A DNA stretch of 40,238 nt from Minisyncoccia bacterium (GTDB lineage Bacteria > Patescibacteriota > Minisyncoccia > Phycocordibacterales > DATDWN01): NCBI GenBank assembly GCA_965661755.1, contig CBFIEZ010000001.1, positions 1 through 40,238 of the forward strand, written 5' to 3'. Made by a program: the position numbers and the translations under genes. Below the pieces are notes generated by a model that was given only the letters and a program-made list of their open reading frames with translations, ran no database searches and was not told where the DNA came from. Below are positions 39,321-40,238 of this stretch, in pieces (positions within the stretch are counted from its first letter, which is position 1; each line of letters starts with the position of its first letter).

Positions 39321-40238
39321 CTAGTTAAAGTTAAATTGTGAAAGCCATTGTGCTGGATCTATATTTCCATTTGGTGCTTGTCCTCATGTTACCTTTGCTC
39401 TAAGTGAAGTAACCTTATCATCAATCAACTTATAATATCCTTGCATTCCTGCTGTATTATATGTTGCAGAGTCTACTCTCACTGCATTTCCAAGTGATGA
39501 CTTAACAGTATCTAGCATAGCAAGCATAATAACATCTCTTACATCAGCTGTCTGTGATATGTTTGGTATTGTTTGGATATAGTTCTTTATGTCTTGATCT
39601 GTGAGCACTCCAACCTCTCCGAATATACCTCTTGCCACCTTTGGAGTGATAGCCTGGAGATCAGCTTTGATTGCTTGAGCTTTTGTGTCCCATGGATTAT
39701 TGTTTCTAATCAATGCATTGAGTGGTGCTAAGTCTCCTCCTCCAGCATTAGTAATATCATCATATAAGTGATCGAGTTTGTCTGTCACAATTCCTATATC
39801 CTTGTATTGCTTGCTTGGGCTTTCAGTAAGGGCTTTCTGACCTCTTGAGAGTCTCATAAGCTCATAGATGTCTGAATTAGGATCAGATTGTATGTCATTT
39901 TTTGATTGCTGGAAAGCATAATACTGTTGTACTCTTGCTTTGTTTTTATCTGTTTGTGGATTATAGTTCGATGAGTTGAACTGTGCAATATATCCATCAG
40001 TGATAGCCTTAGAATCAGCTCCTCATTGATCTGCTGCAGTGATACTTACTATATTTGGTGTGTCTCCTTCCTTCTTGAGGTTAGAGTTTCACGCTCCAAA
40101 TAGAACTGAGTACATACCCTTACTTTCATGTGATGATATTGCTTTAGCAAGTGCCAATGTATCAACATTCTTAATTTGTGTATTAGTTGCCACTCCAAGC
40201 TGTGTAGCTACATCTTGTGCATATGTTGTTGGGTTATT
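39321..40238 (-). CDS. C-terminal part of the 963-aa junction-spanning virion protein (continuation of 1..2051)
   Basis: Same reading frame through 40161 to base 1; the genome length is divisible by 3. Stop at TAG 39321-39323. Confidence 0.6.
40162..40238. repeat. Terminal direct repeat, right copy, identical to 1-77
   Basis: Exact 77-nt identity with the start of the window. Confidence 0.95.

Noticed and set aside
1-40238. Under the standard code the window looks like a heavily pseudogenised or frameshifted phage, with dozens of short same-strand ORF fragments.
   Set aside because: Fragments of each gene share one frame and are separated only by TGA. Conserved motifs run straight across the TGAs. 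Decay would also create TAA or TAG stops and frame changes.
1-40238. TGA=Trp (translation table 4, as in Mycoplasma/Spiroplasma-type phages).
   Set aside because: ORF boundaries are the same as under table 25. However, the TGA positions coincide with invariant Gly in ENV.GL, GN.VP, DDGS, GxGxG, collagen Gly-X-Y, NSWG..WG..G and G.GxYF. Trp is not tolerated at these sites.

Overview
This window is a complete tailed-phage genome of about 40,161 bp. Bases 1-77 repeat exactly at 40162-40238, and one gene reads in frame across that junction, so the contig is circular or terminally redundant. The main result is the genetic code. Under the standard code almost every gene breaks into fragments, as the ORF track shows. 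Reading TGA as a sense codon joins the same-frame fragments into about 65 tightly packed genes. I checked codon by codon that the large genes have no in-frame TAA or TAG. The in-frame TGAs fall repeatedly on invariant glycines of well-known motifs: C5-methyltransferase ENV.GL and GN.VP, glycosyltransferase DDGS, SAM-binding GxGxG, the TerL P-loop region, a collagen Gly-X-Y repeat, papain NSWG..WG..G, and PARP G.GxYF. The code is therefore table 25 (TGA=Gly, known from Gracilibacteria and Absconditabacteria) and not table 4 (TGA=Trp). TAA and TAG remain stops. The genome has two arms. The plus-strand early arm (19.0-30.7 kb) encodes a replication organizer, an SSB-like protein, a lysozyme-like enzyme, a C5 DNA methyltransferase, a triple-HTH protein, and an RNA ligase - unknown - Pnkp tRNA-repair cassette. 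The minus-strand arm runs from 17.9 kb down through the junction to 30.7 kb. It encodes a NinG-like protein, tRNA-Ser plus tRNA-like RNAs, TerS, a glycosyl/methyl-transferase island, TerL, portal, scaffold, capsid, large virion proteins (one ending in a PARP-like ADP-ribosyltransferase domain), a collagen-like tail fibre, a LamG protein, a holin and a papain-like peptidase. The divergent control region (17.9-19.0 kb) holds an integrase relic, promoters, repeated TGTGACA motifs and two terminator-capped structured RNAs. Two homologous hairpin-flanked cassettes in the early arm carry tRNA-derived RNAs. All functional calls rest on motif recognition by eye and on gene order; no database search was possible.
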